A stretch of DNA of 64,000 nucleotides, taken from NCBI RefSeq assembly GCF_009914755.1, contig NC_060935.1, one strand, 5' to 3'. The first letter of the stretch is position 1. The number at the start of each line of letters is the position of its first letter. The DNA is from the human T2T-CHM13v2.0 reference genome, Homo sapiens. The notes under the pieces are model-generated. The model ran no database searches and was not told the DNA's origin. It was given only the letters and a program-made list of their open reading frames with translations. Below, piece by piece: positions 28,271 to 43,622 of this stretch. Made by a program: the position numbers and the translations under genes.

Positions 28271-28636
28271 CTTCATATTTCATTCCCTTTCTTATTTCTT
28301 CATATTCTATTCTCTGTATACCATTCTTCATTATTCATATTCTGTAATTCATACACCATTCTCCTTTGTCCATACTCCTTTCCTCATTCTCCATACTTCA
28401 TATTTCATTCCCTTTCTTGTTTCTTCATATTCTGTTCTCTGTATACCATTCTTCATTATTCATATTCTGTAATTCATACACCATTCTCCTTTGTCCATAC
28501 TCCTTTCCTCATTCTCCATACTTCATATTTCATTCCCTTTCTTGTTTCTTCATATTCTGTTCTCTGTATACCATTCTTCATTATTCATATTCTGTAATTC
28601 ATACACCATTCTCCTTTGTCCATATTCCTTTCCTCA
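28271..28636. repeat. 125-bp higher-order unit, ~3 near-identical tandem copies
   Basis: cttcatatttcattccctttctt(a/g)tttcttcatattct... starts at 28271, 28396 and 28521. Confidence 0.95.
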
Positions 28637-29540
28637 TACACCATTCACCATTCCTTATACTCCATATTCTATTTCTTTTCTCCATAGTCCATTCTTTAAA
28701 CAGCATTGTCTATTCTCCATTCTCCATCTTTATTTTCCATTCTTTATTCCCCTTTCTCCACACTTTGGCTTTCATACACCATACTTCATTATATGTACAC
28801 TATTCTTCATTGTCTATTCTCCATACTCCACACTCCATTTCCATACATCATTCTCCATACATTGTTCTCCATTTTCTATACTTTATAGTCTATTCTCCAC
28901 ACTCTGTTATCCTTTCTTCATTCTAATTATCCTTTCTCCACATTCCGTTCTCCATCCTCCATACACCATTCTTTATTCTCTATACTCCATTCTCTTTTCT
29001 CAATTCTTCATTCTCCATATAATATTCTTCATTCTCCACACTCTGTTGTCCATCCTTTATACTCAATTCTCCATTCTCATTTCTTTATGCATGACGCTTC
29101 ATTCTTCCTTTTCCATTCTTCATACTCCATTCCTCATACTTCCTACTTTATTCTTCTCCTTTTTTCTTCATACTTCACTCTTCACATCCATAATTGATTC
29201 TTCTTTCTCCATTTTTATTCTCTATACCCTACTCTCCATTCTCCGTTTTTTATATATCATTGTTCAATCTCATTCTTTATGCTCCATTCTCCATACTTCA
29301 TACTTTATACACCATTTCCCGTGTTTCTTTCTCCATTTATTATTCTCCATACACCATTTGTATTCTCTTTTCTTCATACTATATTCTTTGGTATCCTTTC
29401 TCCATTCTCCATTTTCCACACATCATTTTCTATTTTCCATACTCTCTTCTCTAGCTCCTTTCTTCATTCTTCATACATTATACTGCAATCTGTTTTCTCC
29501 ATATTCCATTGTCCATTCTCCATTCTTCATATTCCATTAA

Positions 29541-29985
<445 letters not shown>

Positions 29986-32900
29986 TTATTTCTTATTCTT
30001 TATTCTTTGTACCTTATTCTCCATTCTCCATACACCATTCTGTATTCTGTTTTCTCCATATCCAATCTCCATTCTTTTTTCTCCATCCCCCATTATCCAT
30101 ACACTATTCTCTATACCACACTCTCTCATTCTCAGTAATTCATTTGTTATTCCTTATTCCCCATTCTTTGTACCTTATTCTCCATTCTCCATACTTCATT
30201 CTTAATTCTCATTTCTTTATATTCTATACTACATTCTCCGTACACTATTTTCCATACTTCATTCTTATTTCTTCATTATCCATACTTTATACTGCAGTCT
30301 TGTTTCTCCATACTCCATACACAATTCTCCATTCTTCATATTCCATTCTCCATTCCTCTTTCTTCATATTGCATTCTCCATATGCCATGCTTTTTTCTTC
30401 ATACTCTGTTCTCCATATGCCATTCACCATTCTCCATTTTCTATTATCTAAACATTATTCTCCATAATACATACTCCTTATTCCATTGTTCATTCACTTT
30501 TCTCCCTACTCGATACTCTCACACTTTTCTGCATTCTCCATACTCCATTCTCCATATTTCAAACTTTATACACCCTTCTCAATTCTCTTTACTCTAGAGT
30601 CTATTCCCCATATACCATTCCCCATTCTTCATTTTCCACAGTCCATTCTTCATTCTTTTATCTTCACACATCATTCTCTATAAACACGTCTCCATTTTTT
30701 ATTATTTATATTGCATTTTCCATACCCCATACACCCAATCTTTATTCTTCTTTCTCTATACTTAATTCTCCATACATCATTCGTCATTCTTCATACACAA
30801 TTCTCCATACTCTATTCTTCATTCTTCTCTCTCCGTATTCTCTCCTTCATATACTATTCTTTATTCTGCATTTTCCATTCTTCATCCTCTATACTCTATA
30901 CTTCATTCTCCATTCCCCATACTCCATTCTCCACACTTTTTATCTTTTCTCCTACTTCAACCTGTTACACTATTTTGCATTTTTTATTCTACATCCTGCA
31001 TTCTCCAAACATTGTTCTCTGTACTTTATTTTCTCTTCTCATTTCTCTATATTCTATTTCCATACTTCATTCTTTACACACCATTCTCCATTTTTCATTT
31101 CCATAATTTGGTCTACATACTCCATACTTTATTCTTCGTTTTTTATATTCATCCTTCAGACTCCATGTTCTTTTTTCCTCTTACTACACATCATTCTCAT
31201 AAACCATTCTCCATTTTCCATTCTCCTGACTCCATTCTACATACTCCATACTTCATACTTAATTTGTCTCTCTTCATACTTCATTCACTGTTCTCCATAC
31301 TCCTTTCTTCATTCTTTCTTAATATGCCGTTCTCCATATGCCGTTCTTTATTCTCCATTTTTCATCCCCCGTTCTTCTTTGTCCATATTACATTCTCTAT
31401 ATTCCATTTTTCTTTTATTCTTTCTCATCCATACTCCTTTTTCTATGCTTCATCACTATACTCCATTACTTATTTTCTCTCCTCATCGTCCATTTTTTAT
31501 ACTCCATTCTCAATTCTCCGTGCATCATTCTCCATACTCCATACTTCTTTCTCCATAGTCATTCTGTCTACTCCAGTCTTCTTCCCCCTCTCTCCTCTCA
31601 TTATACTCCATCGTTCATACTTTATTGTCCTACTGCTTTCTCCATACTCCATTCTCTATACATAATTCTCATTCTCCATTTTCCATGAGTATGAAGATTC
31701 TCATTCTTCATACTTTATTCTCTGTACACCATTGTCTATTCTCCATTTTCCATTCCCCATACTCCATTCTCCAGCTTCATTCTTTGTTTTATATTCTCTG
31801 TTCTCCTTTCATCATGCTCCATTCTCTATACTCCATTTTTTCTGTATATTCTATTCTCCATACACCTTTGTTCATTCTCTATCAGTCTCCATACTGTTTT
31901 CCATACTCTATACCCATAGTTCAATCCTCATTCTTCTTTCTCCATAATCATCCTCCATATACCATTGTTCATACTCCATTCTTTATATCCCAAACTCTGT
32001 TCTTTTCTTTCTATATTTTATTTCCCATATGCCCTCCCCCATTCTCTACTTTTCATTCTCCTTTCTTTATTCTTCATTCATTATACATTATTCTCTATTC
32101 TTTTTTCTCCATACTTCATTCTTCACCTTTTGTCTCCATACTTCATTATCTATACATCATTTTCTCCTTTTTATTTTTCATTCTCCATAATTTATTCTTT
32201 ATATACCATTCTCCATTCTTCACTCTCCATTTTCTTTTCTCCGTACTCTTTTCTTCATACTCCATTCTCTTTTCTTCATACCCCGTGCTCCATACTCCAT
32301 GCACCATTCTCCATTCTCTATTTCTCATCCAACATTCTTCAGTCTCCATTTCACATTCTCATGCTTTATTCTCCACATTCCACACTCCATCCTCTCTTCT
32401 CAATACTTTTCCCTCTATACATTAATCTCCATTCTGTATTTTCCACTCTTTATACTGCATAAACCACACTCCTTCCTTCTTTCTCCATACTCCAATCTCC
32501 TTACACCATTCTCCACTCTTCATTTTTTGTACCCCATTCTTCATTCTCCAAACCTTATTCTTTATACTTCATTCTCTCTAGTCTTGTCTCCATACTCCAT
32601 TTTCTATACTTCATTCTCCTTTCTTCATACCTTATTCTTTATATACGATTCTACATTCTACACTTTTTCAGCTTCATACTTCATTCTCCCTACTATATAC
32701 TCCATACTTTGTTCTTCATTCTTCACACTTGTTCTCCATACTCCATTTCCTTTCTGGCTCCAACTATACACCATTTTTCCATATGCCATTCCCCTTTCTC
32801 CTTTTTCCACACTTCTTTCTTCATACACCATTCTTCATTCTTCATACTACATATGCTGTTCTTTTCCTTTATAGTCTATTCTTTATATAGCATTGTCTTG

Positions 32901-33756
32901 TCTCCACCCTCCATGCTCCACTCTTTATTCTCTATTCCCCCTTCTCCATACTTTGATATCTATACACCATTCTGTATTCTCCATAGTCGATACTCAATAC
33001 TCCATACTCTATTCTCCGTTCCCAATTCTACATACTTTATTCTGCATACACCATTCTTCTTCTCTTCCCTCTATACTCTGGTTTTCATACTCTATTATCA
33101 TTTCTTCATTCTAATCATTCTTTCTCCAGATACCATTCTTTATTCACTATACTCATTTCTTCATTCCCCTTTCTCATACTCCATTTTCCATTCTCAATAC
33201 TTTATTATCCATTCTTCTACTTCATTCTCCATTCAACACTCCCCATTCTCTATTATTTATAATCCATTCACCATATTCTATACTCCATACATCATTAGCA
33301 ATTTTAATCTATATTTTATTCTCCACACACCATTCTTTTTTCTCCATGCTTCATACTATATTCCTCATTCTCCATTGTCTATACTACATTCTCTATACTC
33401 AATACTTCATGCTTCCTTCTCCATATTCTATTCTTCATGTTTCATATTCCACATTCCAAACTTCATTCGCCATTTTCCGTACAATATAGTTTATACTTTA
33501 TTCTCAATCTTATTTCTTCATAACCCATTCTCCATTCACCATTGTCCATTCTTCATTCCCCTTTCTTCATACTTTATTGTTCGTACACTATTGTCCATTC
33601 TCCATTTTCATACTTCGTTCCTTCTTTTCCATACACCATTCTCCATTTTTCATTCTCCCTGCTCTGTTCTCCACACTCCCTTCTCCATTCTTTTTTCTCC
33701 ATATTCCATTCTCCATACAACATTCTCCACATTTTATGCCCCGTTCTTCATTCTCA

Positions 33757-34182
<426 letters not shown>

Positions 34183-36678
34183 TAATTTATTGTTTTTCTC
34201 CATTCTTCATTCTCCATACCCTACTCTCCATTCTCTATGTTCCATACACCATTATCTAATCTTCACTCTTTATGTTTCATTCTCCATAGTCCACATTTTA
34301 TACACTGTTTCTTATTCTTCTTTCTCCATTCATTATTCTTCATACACCATTTTTAATTCTCCATGCTCCATACTATATTCTTCATTATCCTTTCTCCATT
34401 CTTTATTCTCTATACACCATTTTCCATTCCCTGTACTCTATTCTTTTGCTCCTTTCTTCATTTGTCATTCTCTGTACATAATATTCCAATCTGTTTTCTC
34501 CACATTCTATTCTCTATAAACCATTCTTCATATTCCATTCCCCCTCCTCTTTTTTCAAACTACATTCTGCATTCACAACATGCCATTCTCCACATACCAT
34601 TCTCCATACTTTAATCTTCAGTCTCAATTCTTCTTTATTCATACTCTATTTTCCATACACCATTCTCCATACAACATTCTCTCATTCTCAGTAATCAATT
34701 CTTTATACCTTATTCTTCATTCTTTATATTTCATTCACAATTCTCATTTCTCCATATTCTATACAACATTCTCCATACTCCTTTCTCCATACTTTATACT
34801 CCAATCTCATTGCTTTATACTTTACTCTCCATAAACCATTCTTCATTCTTTATATTCCATTCGCCATTCCTCTTTTTTCATACTACATTCTCCATGCTCC
34901 GTGTTTCATCTTCCACACTCCATTCCTTATTCTTTTTTCTCCATACACCATTCACCAGACGCAGTTCTCCATTTTTCATTTTTTATACTGTATTTCCCAT
35001 AGTTCATACTTTATACACTAGTTTTTATTCTCTTTTCTTCCATAATCCATTCTCCATATACTGTTCTCCATTCTCCATACACCATTCTCCATACTCCATT
35101 TTTATACTTCGTACTCCAATCTCCATTCTCCTCTTTCCATACTTCTTCATACACTTTTTTCCATTCTCCTTTCTTTATTCTCCATACTCTATATAATAAT
35201 ACTCCATACTTCATTCTCCTTTCTTCATACTTCATTCTCAATACTCCATTCATTTCTCCATTTTCCATTCTCAATACTTCATTCTGAAAACTTTATTCTC
35301 TATATTCCCTGCTCTGTTTTTCTTTTTCCATGCCTATTCTTCATACTTCATCCTTTTTCCTTCATACTCCATTATCCACACACTATTCTCCATTCTCCAT
35401 TTTCTCACCTCCATTCTCTATTCTTCATTTTTTTACATACGCCACTCTTTATACATCATTTTTCATTGTCCATACTGCATACTCCATACTCCATTCTGTT
35501 TTCTCTTTAATTAATTTTATATACACCAATCTTTATTCTCCATACTCCATTCTCTATTCTACTTTCTTCATATTCCATTTGTTACACAGCAGTCTCCATT
35601 CGCTTTTCTCCATACTCCATTATTCACTATTTTCTCCGTATGCCATTGTCCATACACCATTTCTATCATACATTTTTCATTCTCTATATTCCACCTCTAT
35701 ACACTGTTCTCCATATTTCATTTTTCATACACCATTCTCCTTTCTTCATATTTCATACTACATACATCATACACCATTCTCTATTCTTCTTTCTTTATTC
35801 TCCATTCTGCCTACAGCGTTGTCTATTCCAAATTGAACATCCTTCATGTTCCGTTCTCCATTGTCCTCTCTCCATACCTTCTCCTTCATACACCATTCTT
35901 CATTTTGAATTTTCCATTTTTCATCCTCCATCCTCCATACTCCATAATCATACTTCATACTCCATATTTCATTCTTCTTTCTCTATACTCCGTAATACAC
36001 ACTTCTTTCTCCTTTCTCCATACTTCAATCTCCTTACATAATTCAGCATTTTAAATTGCCCATACTCCATTCTCCAATCATCATTCTCTATATTTTGTTC
36101 TCTCTTCTTTTTTTATACTATATTTTCCATACTTAATTCTCCTTTCTGCTTTCTCCATACGCTATTTTTTATACACCATTTTCCATTTTTTTTGTCTCTG
36201 CACTCAGGTCTACATACTCCATACTTTGTTCTTCATTTTTCATACTCATTCTTTATACTCCATGTTCTTTCCCCCTCTCACTATACACCCTTCTTCATGC
36301 ACCACTCTCCATTTTTCCTTCTCTCAGCTCCATTCAACATATTCCATACTCCATACTCCATTCGTCATATGCCAGCTCCATTCTCCATTCTTCATACTCC
36401 TTTCTCCATTCTCTTTTTTTCTCTTCTCCATACTCTATTCCCCTTTCTCCTTTGTTAATGCTTTATTCTCCATATGCCATTCTTCATTTTCCATCCTCCA
36501 TTCTACTTTGTCCACATTCCATTCTCCGTATTCAGTTTTCCTCTATTCTCCATGCTCCTTTTCCATCCTCCATTTGCTATATTCCATTGCTCATTCTCCT
36601 CTCCTCATAGTCCATTCTCTATACTTTATTCTCAGTTCTCCATGCACCATTCTCCATATTCTTCTTCTTTCTCCATAG

Positions 36679-37134
<456 letters not shown>

Positions 37135-37385
37135 TAGTCTATTCTCCATTTTCATTCCCCATACTCCATTCTCCAAATTTTATTCTCTACATTTTTTTCT
37201 CTTTTCTCCTTTTGCCATGCTGCATTCTCCACACTTCACTCTTTTTTCTCTATATTCCATTCTCCATACACCATTGTCCATTCTCCATTTTTCAATTTCC
37301 ATAATGTTTTCCATACTCTGTACCCATAGTTCAATATTCTTCTTTCTCCACAATCCATTCTCCATACTCCATTTTTCCTTCTCCA

Positions 37386-37693
37386 TTATTTATTTATTTA
37401 TTAATTTAATTGAGACAGGATCTCGCTCTGTCGCCCAGACTAGAGTGCAGTCGTACAATCTCGGCTCACTGCAACCTCCACCTCCTGGGCTCAAGCAATC
37501 TTCCTACCTCAGTCTTCTGTGTAGCTGAGACTACAAGTGTGTGCCACCATGCCCAGCTAATTTTTGTATTTTTTGTAGAGACGAGGTTTTGCCATATTGC
37601 CCACTCTGGTCCCAAACTCTAGGGCTCAAGGGATTCACTCACCTTGGTCTCCCAAAGTGCTGGGAATACAGGCTTCAGCCACCACTCCCGACC
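37386..37693 (-). mobile_element. AluJ
   Basis: J-type features (ctcctgggctcaagcaatc, tttttgtagagacgaggtttt), high divergence, TSD tctccatt. Confidence 0.88.
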
Positions 37694-38518
37694 TCTCCAT
37701 TCTTTATACTTCACACTCCATGCTTTTTTCTCTATACTTTATTCCCCATATACCTTCGTCCATTCTCCATTCTTCATTCCCCTTTTTACATTCTCCATTC
37801 ATTACACACCATTCGCCTTTCTCTCTTCTTCACACTCCGTACTTCATTCTCCACTCTTTTCTCCATACTTCCTTATCTATGCTCCAGTCTCTACTCTCCA
37901 TTCTCTATTCTCCAGTCTTCATTCTCCATTCTCTTTTCACCATACTCCATACTCCATTCTCTACTCCTCATACAACATTCTTCAGTCTCTATTTCAAATT
38001 CTCCACACTCCACACTCTATTCTCCATTCTCTTCTCTCCATCCTTTCCCCTCCACACATCATTCTCTATTGTGGATTTTCCATTCTTCATATTCCACACT
38101 CCTTTCTTCTTTCTCCATACTCCAATTTCTTTATACCCTTCATTTTCATACCCATACTCCATTCTCCAAACCTTATTCTTTATACTCCATTCTCTCTTGT
38201 CTTTTCTCCGCACTCCTTTCTCCTTTCTCCATGCTTCATTCTTTATACACCATTCTCCATTCTCCATTTTTTTCATCTCTATACTCCATTCTTTATACTA
38301 CATGCTCCATGCTTGGTTCTTTGTTCTTCATACTCATTCTGCACCCTCCATTTCCTTTTCTGCTCTCAGATACACCACTTTTCATACACCATTCTCCATT
38401 TTCATAGTCTATTCTCCATACATCATGGCCTATTCTCCATTCTCTTTCTCCATGCTTTATTCTCCATACATCATTCTCCATTCTCCTTTCTTGGTTTTTC
38501 ATTCTTTATATTCCATTC

Positions 38519-38818
38519 TTTTTTTTTTTTCTTTTTGAGATGGAGTCTTACTCTGTCATCCAGGCTGGAGTGCAGTGGCGTGATCTCGGCTCACTGCAAC
38601 CTCCGCCTCCCAGATTCAAGTGATTCTCCTGACTCTGTCTCCCAAGTAGCTGTGATTACAGGCAAGCACTGCTATGCCCAGCTAATTTTTGTATTTTTAG
38701 TAGAGATGGGGTTTCACCATGTTGGCCAGGCTGGTCCTGAACTACCGACCTCAAGTGATCCGCCTGCCTCGGCCTCCCAAAGTGCTAGGATTACAAGCGT
38801 GAGCCACTGCACCTGGAC
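38519..38818 (-). mobile_element. AluSx/Sz-like
   Basis: Full dimer with poly(T). Confidence 0.93.
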
Positions 38819-41800
38819 TATTTTCAGTTCTTTTATTATTTGATTATCATTACTCCATTCTTCATTATTTATACTGCATTCTCCGTTCAACACTCTCCAT
38901 TCTTCATTCTTTCTGTTCCATTCTCCATACTCTATACGCCATATACAATTCCCCATTCTTCATTTTACATACTTTATTCTCCATACACTATTCTTTTTCT
39001 CTATTCTCTGTACTATGTTCTTTATTCTCCTTTCTCCATACTCTATTCTCTGTACACCATTCTCAATTTTCCATACTCCATATTTCATGTTTCTTTCTCC
39101 ATAAACCATTCAGCATACACCATGCACCATATTCCAGACTCACTTCATTTTCCATACTTCATGCGTTATACTTCGCTATTCTCATTCTCCTTTCTACACA
39201 CTCCGTTCTCCACACACATTTTTCTTTTTCATTCTCTACGTGCCATACTCCATTCTCTTTTCTCCATACTTCATTTTTCATACACTATTCTCCATATCCC
39301 ATTCTTCATTCTTCTTTCTCCATACTCTATTCTCCACACACCATTCTCCATATTTTATGCCCCATTCTTCGTTCTCAATTCTTTATACACCATGCTCCAT
39401 TCTCCTTTTTCTATTCTCCATTCCCCATATTCCATACTTACTTAATACTTAATTCTCATTCTTTTTTCTCACACCTCATTCTCTATACACCATTCTCAAT
39501 GCTCCATATTCCACACTTTATTCTCTTTTCTTCATATTTCATTCTCCCTACTCTATTCTTTATTCCCCATTTACTATACTCCACTCTCCATCTTCCATAT
39601 ACCATTCTCTAATATCCATTCTTTACGTTCCCTTCTCCATACTCACTCCATACACAATTCTCCACTCTTCTTTTTCCATACTTTATTCTTCATACACAAT
39701 TCTTTATTCTTTGTTCTCTGTACAATATTCCTTATTCTCCATTCTCCAGGTCAGTTCTCCATAAGCCATTCTTCATACTCTATACTCCATTTTTCTTTCT
39801 TCTAACTCCATTCTGCATATACCATACTCCATTTTTCATTCTCCATACTTCATATTCCTGACTCCAACCTCCATTCTCAATTCCCCCACTACATAATGTA
39901 CGCATTATTCTCATTCTGCTTTCTCCATACTCCTTTCTCCATCATCAATCTCTGTATTCAATACTTTATTCTTTTTTTCCATACTTCATTCTCCATACAT
40001 TATCATCCATTCTCCATTTCCCTTACTCTTTATTCATTCTCCATCCACCATTTTCCATTTTACATACTCTATATTCTTCATTACCCATTTGCATACTTTA
40101 TATTTCAATCTGAAGTTTTCATATTCCATTCTCCATAAACCATTATGTATTCTTCATATTCTTTTCTCCATTCCTCTTTCTTCATACACAATACTTTATT
40201 CTATATATACCATTCTTCATTCCCCTTTCTGTACACCATTCTCCATGCTCTATACTTCTCTATAAATTCTCCATATTCCGTACTTTATTCTCAATACTCT
40301 TTCTCCACACTCTATACTACATTCTCCATACAATACGCTCCATTCTCCATACTCTATTCTCAATCTCTATTCCTCATATTTTATACTCCAGTCTGGTTTC
40401 TCCATACTTCATTCTCCATAAACTATTCTCTATTTTCCATTTTTCATATCCCATTCTCCATTCCTGTTTCTTCATACTACATTCTGCATTTTCAATACTC
40501 CATACTTTATACATCATTCTCCATTCTCCCTCACCTATAGTTCATTCTCCATACACCATTCTCCATTTCCATTCTTCAAACTCCTTTCCCCACAATCACA
40601 CTCCAAATTCCCTCCCCCTTTCTGCATTCTCCATTCTGTATACTTTATACTCCACACTGCTTTTTCCATACTCTAATCCCCTTATACCCTTCTCCATTTT
40701 TCATATCCCAGTCTCCATTCTCCAAACATTATTCTTTATACTCCATTATCTCTTCTTTGTCTATACTCCATTTTCCATATTCCATTCTCCTTTATCTGTA
40801 CTGCATTCTTTATATACCATTTTTCATTCCACATTGCATTTTGTAATCTTCACATTCCATATGCCATATTCTATGCCTTTTTAAAATTATTCATACTCAT
40901 TCTCCAAACTCCATTTTCTTTTCCCCTCTCACTATACGCCATTCTCTGTACACCATCCTCTGTTCTTAATTTTCCATTCTTCTGATTTCATTCTACATAC
41001 CCAATACTCATTCTTCTCTTTTCATACTTTGTTCTCCATCCAACAACTTCATTCCCCATTTTCCATTCTCCATACTCCATTTTTATATCCCACATTTCAC
41101 ACTCCATTCTCTTCCCCCCATGCTCCATTCCTTATACAACATTTTCTATTCTCCATTCTCTCTTTTGGATTCCACACTCCACTCTCCATAAACCATACTC
41201 CATACACCATTCTCCATTCTCCTTTTTTTGCACTCCTCCTCATATTCCATTCTCCATTCTTTCTTCATTCTTCATGTTCTATTCTCCATACTCCATTCTT
41301 CACACACCATTGTTCATTCTCCATACTCTATGTTCCATTCTTTTTTCTTCATACTCCGTTCTACATACACCATTTTAAATCTCTGTTTTCTGTTCTCCAT
41401 AGTTTATTATCTTTACTCCATTCTCCTTTCTCCACACTCTTCTCCATATTTTATTCTTCTTTTTCTTTTGTCATATTCCATTATTCGTACTCCTTTCTCC
41501 ATACACCATTTTCCATTTTCCTTACTCTATACTTTGTTCTCCATTGTCTGTACACCATTCTGTACTGTCCATTCTGGATTCTCCATACTCCATAAACCAT
41601 ATTTCATACTCCATTCTCCACACATTACTCTTTACTCTCACCGTGCTCCTTTCTCCATTCTCCTTTCTTCATATCCCTCTTCGTATGCCATTCTTCATTC
41701 CTCATTTTCTATTCTTCATCCTCCATTCTTCATACACTGTTGTCCATTCTTCATTTTTTATTCTCCATACTCTATAATCCATTCTTCTTTCTTCATATGC

Positions 41801-42907
41801 CATTTTACATACACCATTCTTTATTCTCCATTTTCTATTCTTCATGATCCTTTCTCCGTACTCCATTCTGCATACTCTATTCTCCTTTCTCCATACTCAT
41901 TCTCCATACTCCATTCTTTTCTTTTTTCATCATAATCCATTCTTCTTGTTCCATACTCCTTACTCCTTTCTATGTATAGCATTCTCCATTTTCCATATGG
42001 TATACTTCATATTCACTTCTCTGTACATTACTCTCCATTCTTCATTTTTGATTTTCTATAATCCGTTCTTCATTCTTTTTCTCCATACTTCATTTTCCAC
42101 ATACCATTCTCCACTCCCCATTCTCTATACTCCTTTCTCTATTATCATTTCTTCATTCTCCTCCTCATACCTTATTCTCCATATTCCATTCTCCATTTTT
42201 TATTCTCCACATTCTGTACTCTGTACTCAATTCTTTCTTCATACTTCATTTTTCATACACCATTCTTCATTCTCCATTTTCTGTTCATCATTCTCCTTTC
42301 TCTATACCTCATTCTCTATACTCATTGTTCATTCGTTCTCTTTTCAACATACTCCGTTCTTCATACTTCATTCTCCTTACTCCTTTCTCTATACTTCATT
42401 CTCCATGCACCATTCCCCATCCTCCATTTTCCATACTATATACTTTATACTCCTTCCTCATATGCTGTTCTTCATTCTTTATTTTCTAATCTCCTTTCTT
42501 CATTCTTCGTACACCATGGTTCATTCTCCATTTTTAATCCTCCATACTCTATACTCTATACTCCATCCTGCTTTCTTCATACCCCACTTTACACACACCA
42601 TTCTTCATTCTCCACTTTCTATTCTGCACACTCCCTTTTTCATACTCTTTTGTTCATAGTTCATTCTCGATGTTCCATTCCCTATTCACCTTTCTTCAAA
42701 CACCATTCTCCATTTTCTATTTGCCATATTCTGTTCTTCATACACCTTTCCATTACAGTTTTTTATTCTCCATACTCTATGCTCTATTCTCCTTTCTTCA
42801 TAGTCCATTTTACATATGGCATTCTGCATTCTTCATTCTCCCTTTTCCATACTACATTCTTTATACTCATATTCCATAGTCCATTTTCCATTTTTCTCCA
42901 TACTCCA

Positions 42908-43622
42908 TTTTTTTCTTCAACTTTTATTTTAAGTTCTGGGGTATATGTGGAGGATGTGCAGGTTTTTTATATAGGTAAACATGTGCCATGGTGGTTGGAT
43001 GCACAGATCAACCCATCACCTAAGCATTAAGCCCAGCATCCATTATCTATTCTTCCTTATGCTCTCCCTCCTCCTGCCCCGTGACTGACAGGCCTCAGTG
43101 TGTGTTGTTCCCCCAATTCCATGTGTCCATGTGTTCTCATCATTTAGCTCCCACTTATAAGTGAGAATATGTGGTGTTCAGTTTTCTGTTCCTACATGAG
43201 TTTGCTGAGGATAACAACTTTCAACTCCATTCATGTCCCTGCAAAGGACGTGATCTCATTTTTAATGGCTGCATAGTATTCCATGGTGTATATGTACCAC
43301 ATTTTCTTTATCCAGCCTACCAGTGGTGGACATTCAGTTGATTCCATTGCTTTGCTATTGTGAATAGTGCTGCAATGAAACACGTGCTTGTGTCTTTATG
43401 ATAGGATGATTTATATTCCTTTCGGTATATACCCAGTAATGCAATTGCTGGGTCAAATGCTTTTTCTGCATCTAGATCTTTGAGGAATCTCCACACTGCC
43501 TGCCACAAGGTTGAACTAATTTACATTCCCACCAACAGCGTAAAAGTGTTACTTTTTCTCTGCAACCTCACCAGCATATGTTGTTTCTTGACTTTTTAAT
43601 AATTGCCATTCTGACTGGTGTG
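42908..43622 (-). mobile_element. 5'-truncated older L1PA (3' end, ~L1PA10-13)
   Basis: L1 3'UTR plus ORF2 C-terminal remnant (WQAVWRFLKDL...FDPAIALLGIY...FIAALFTIAK); TSD ctccatactccatt at 42896 and 43623. Confidence 0.92.
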
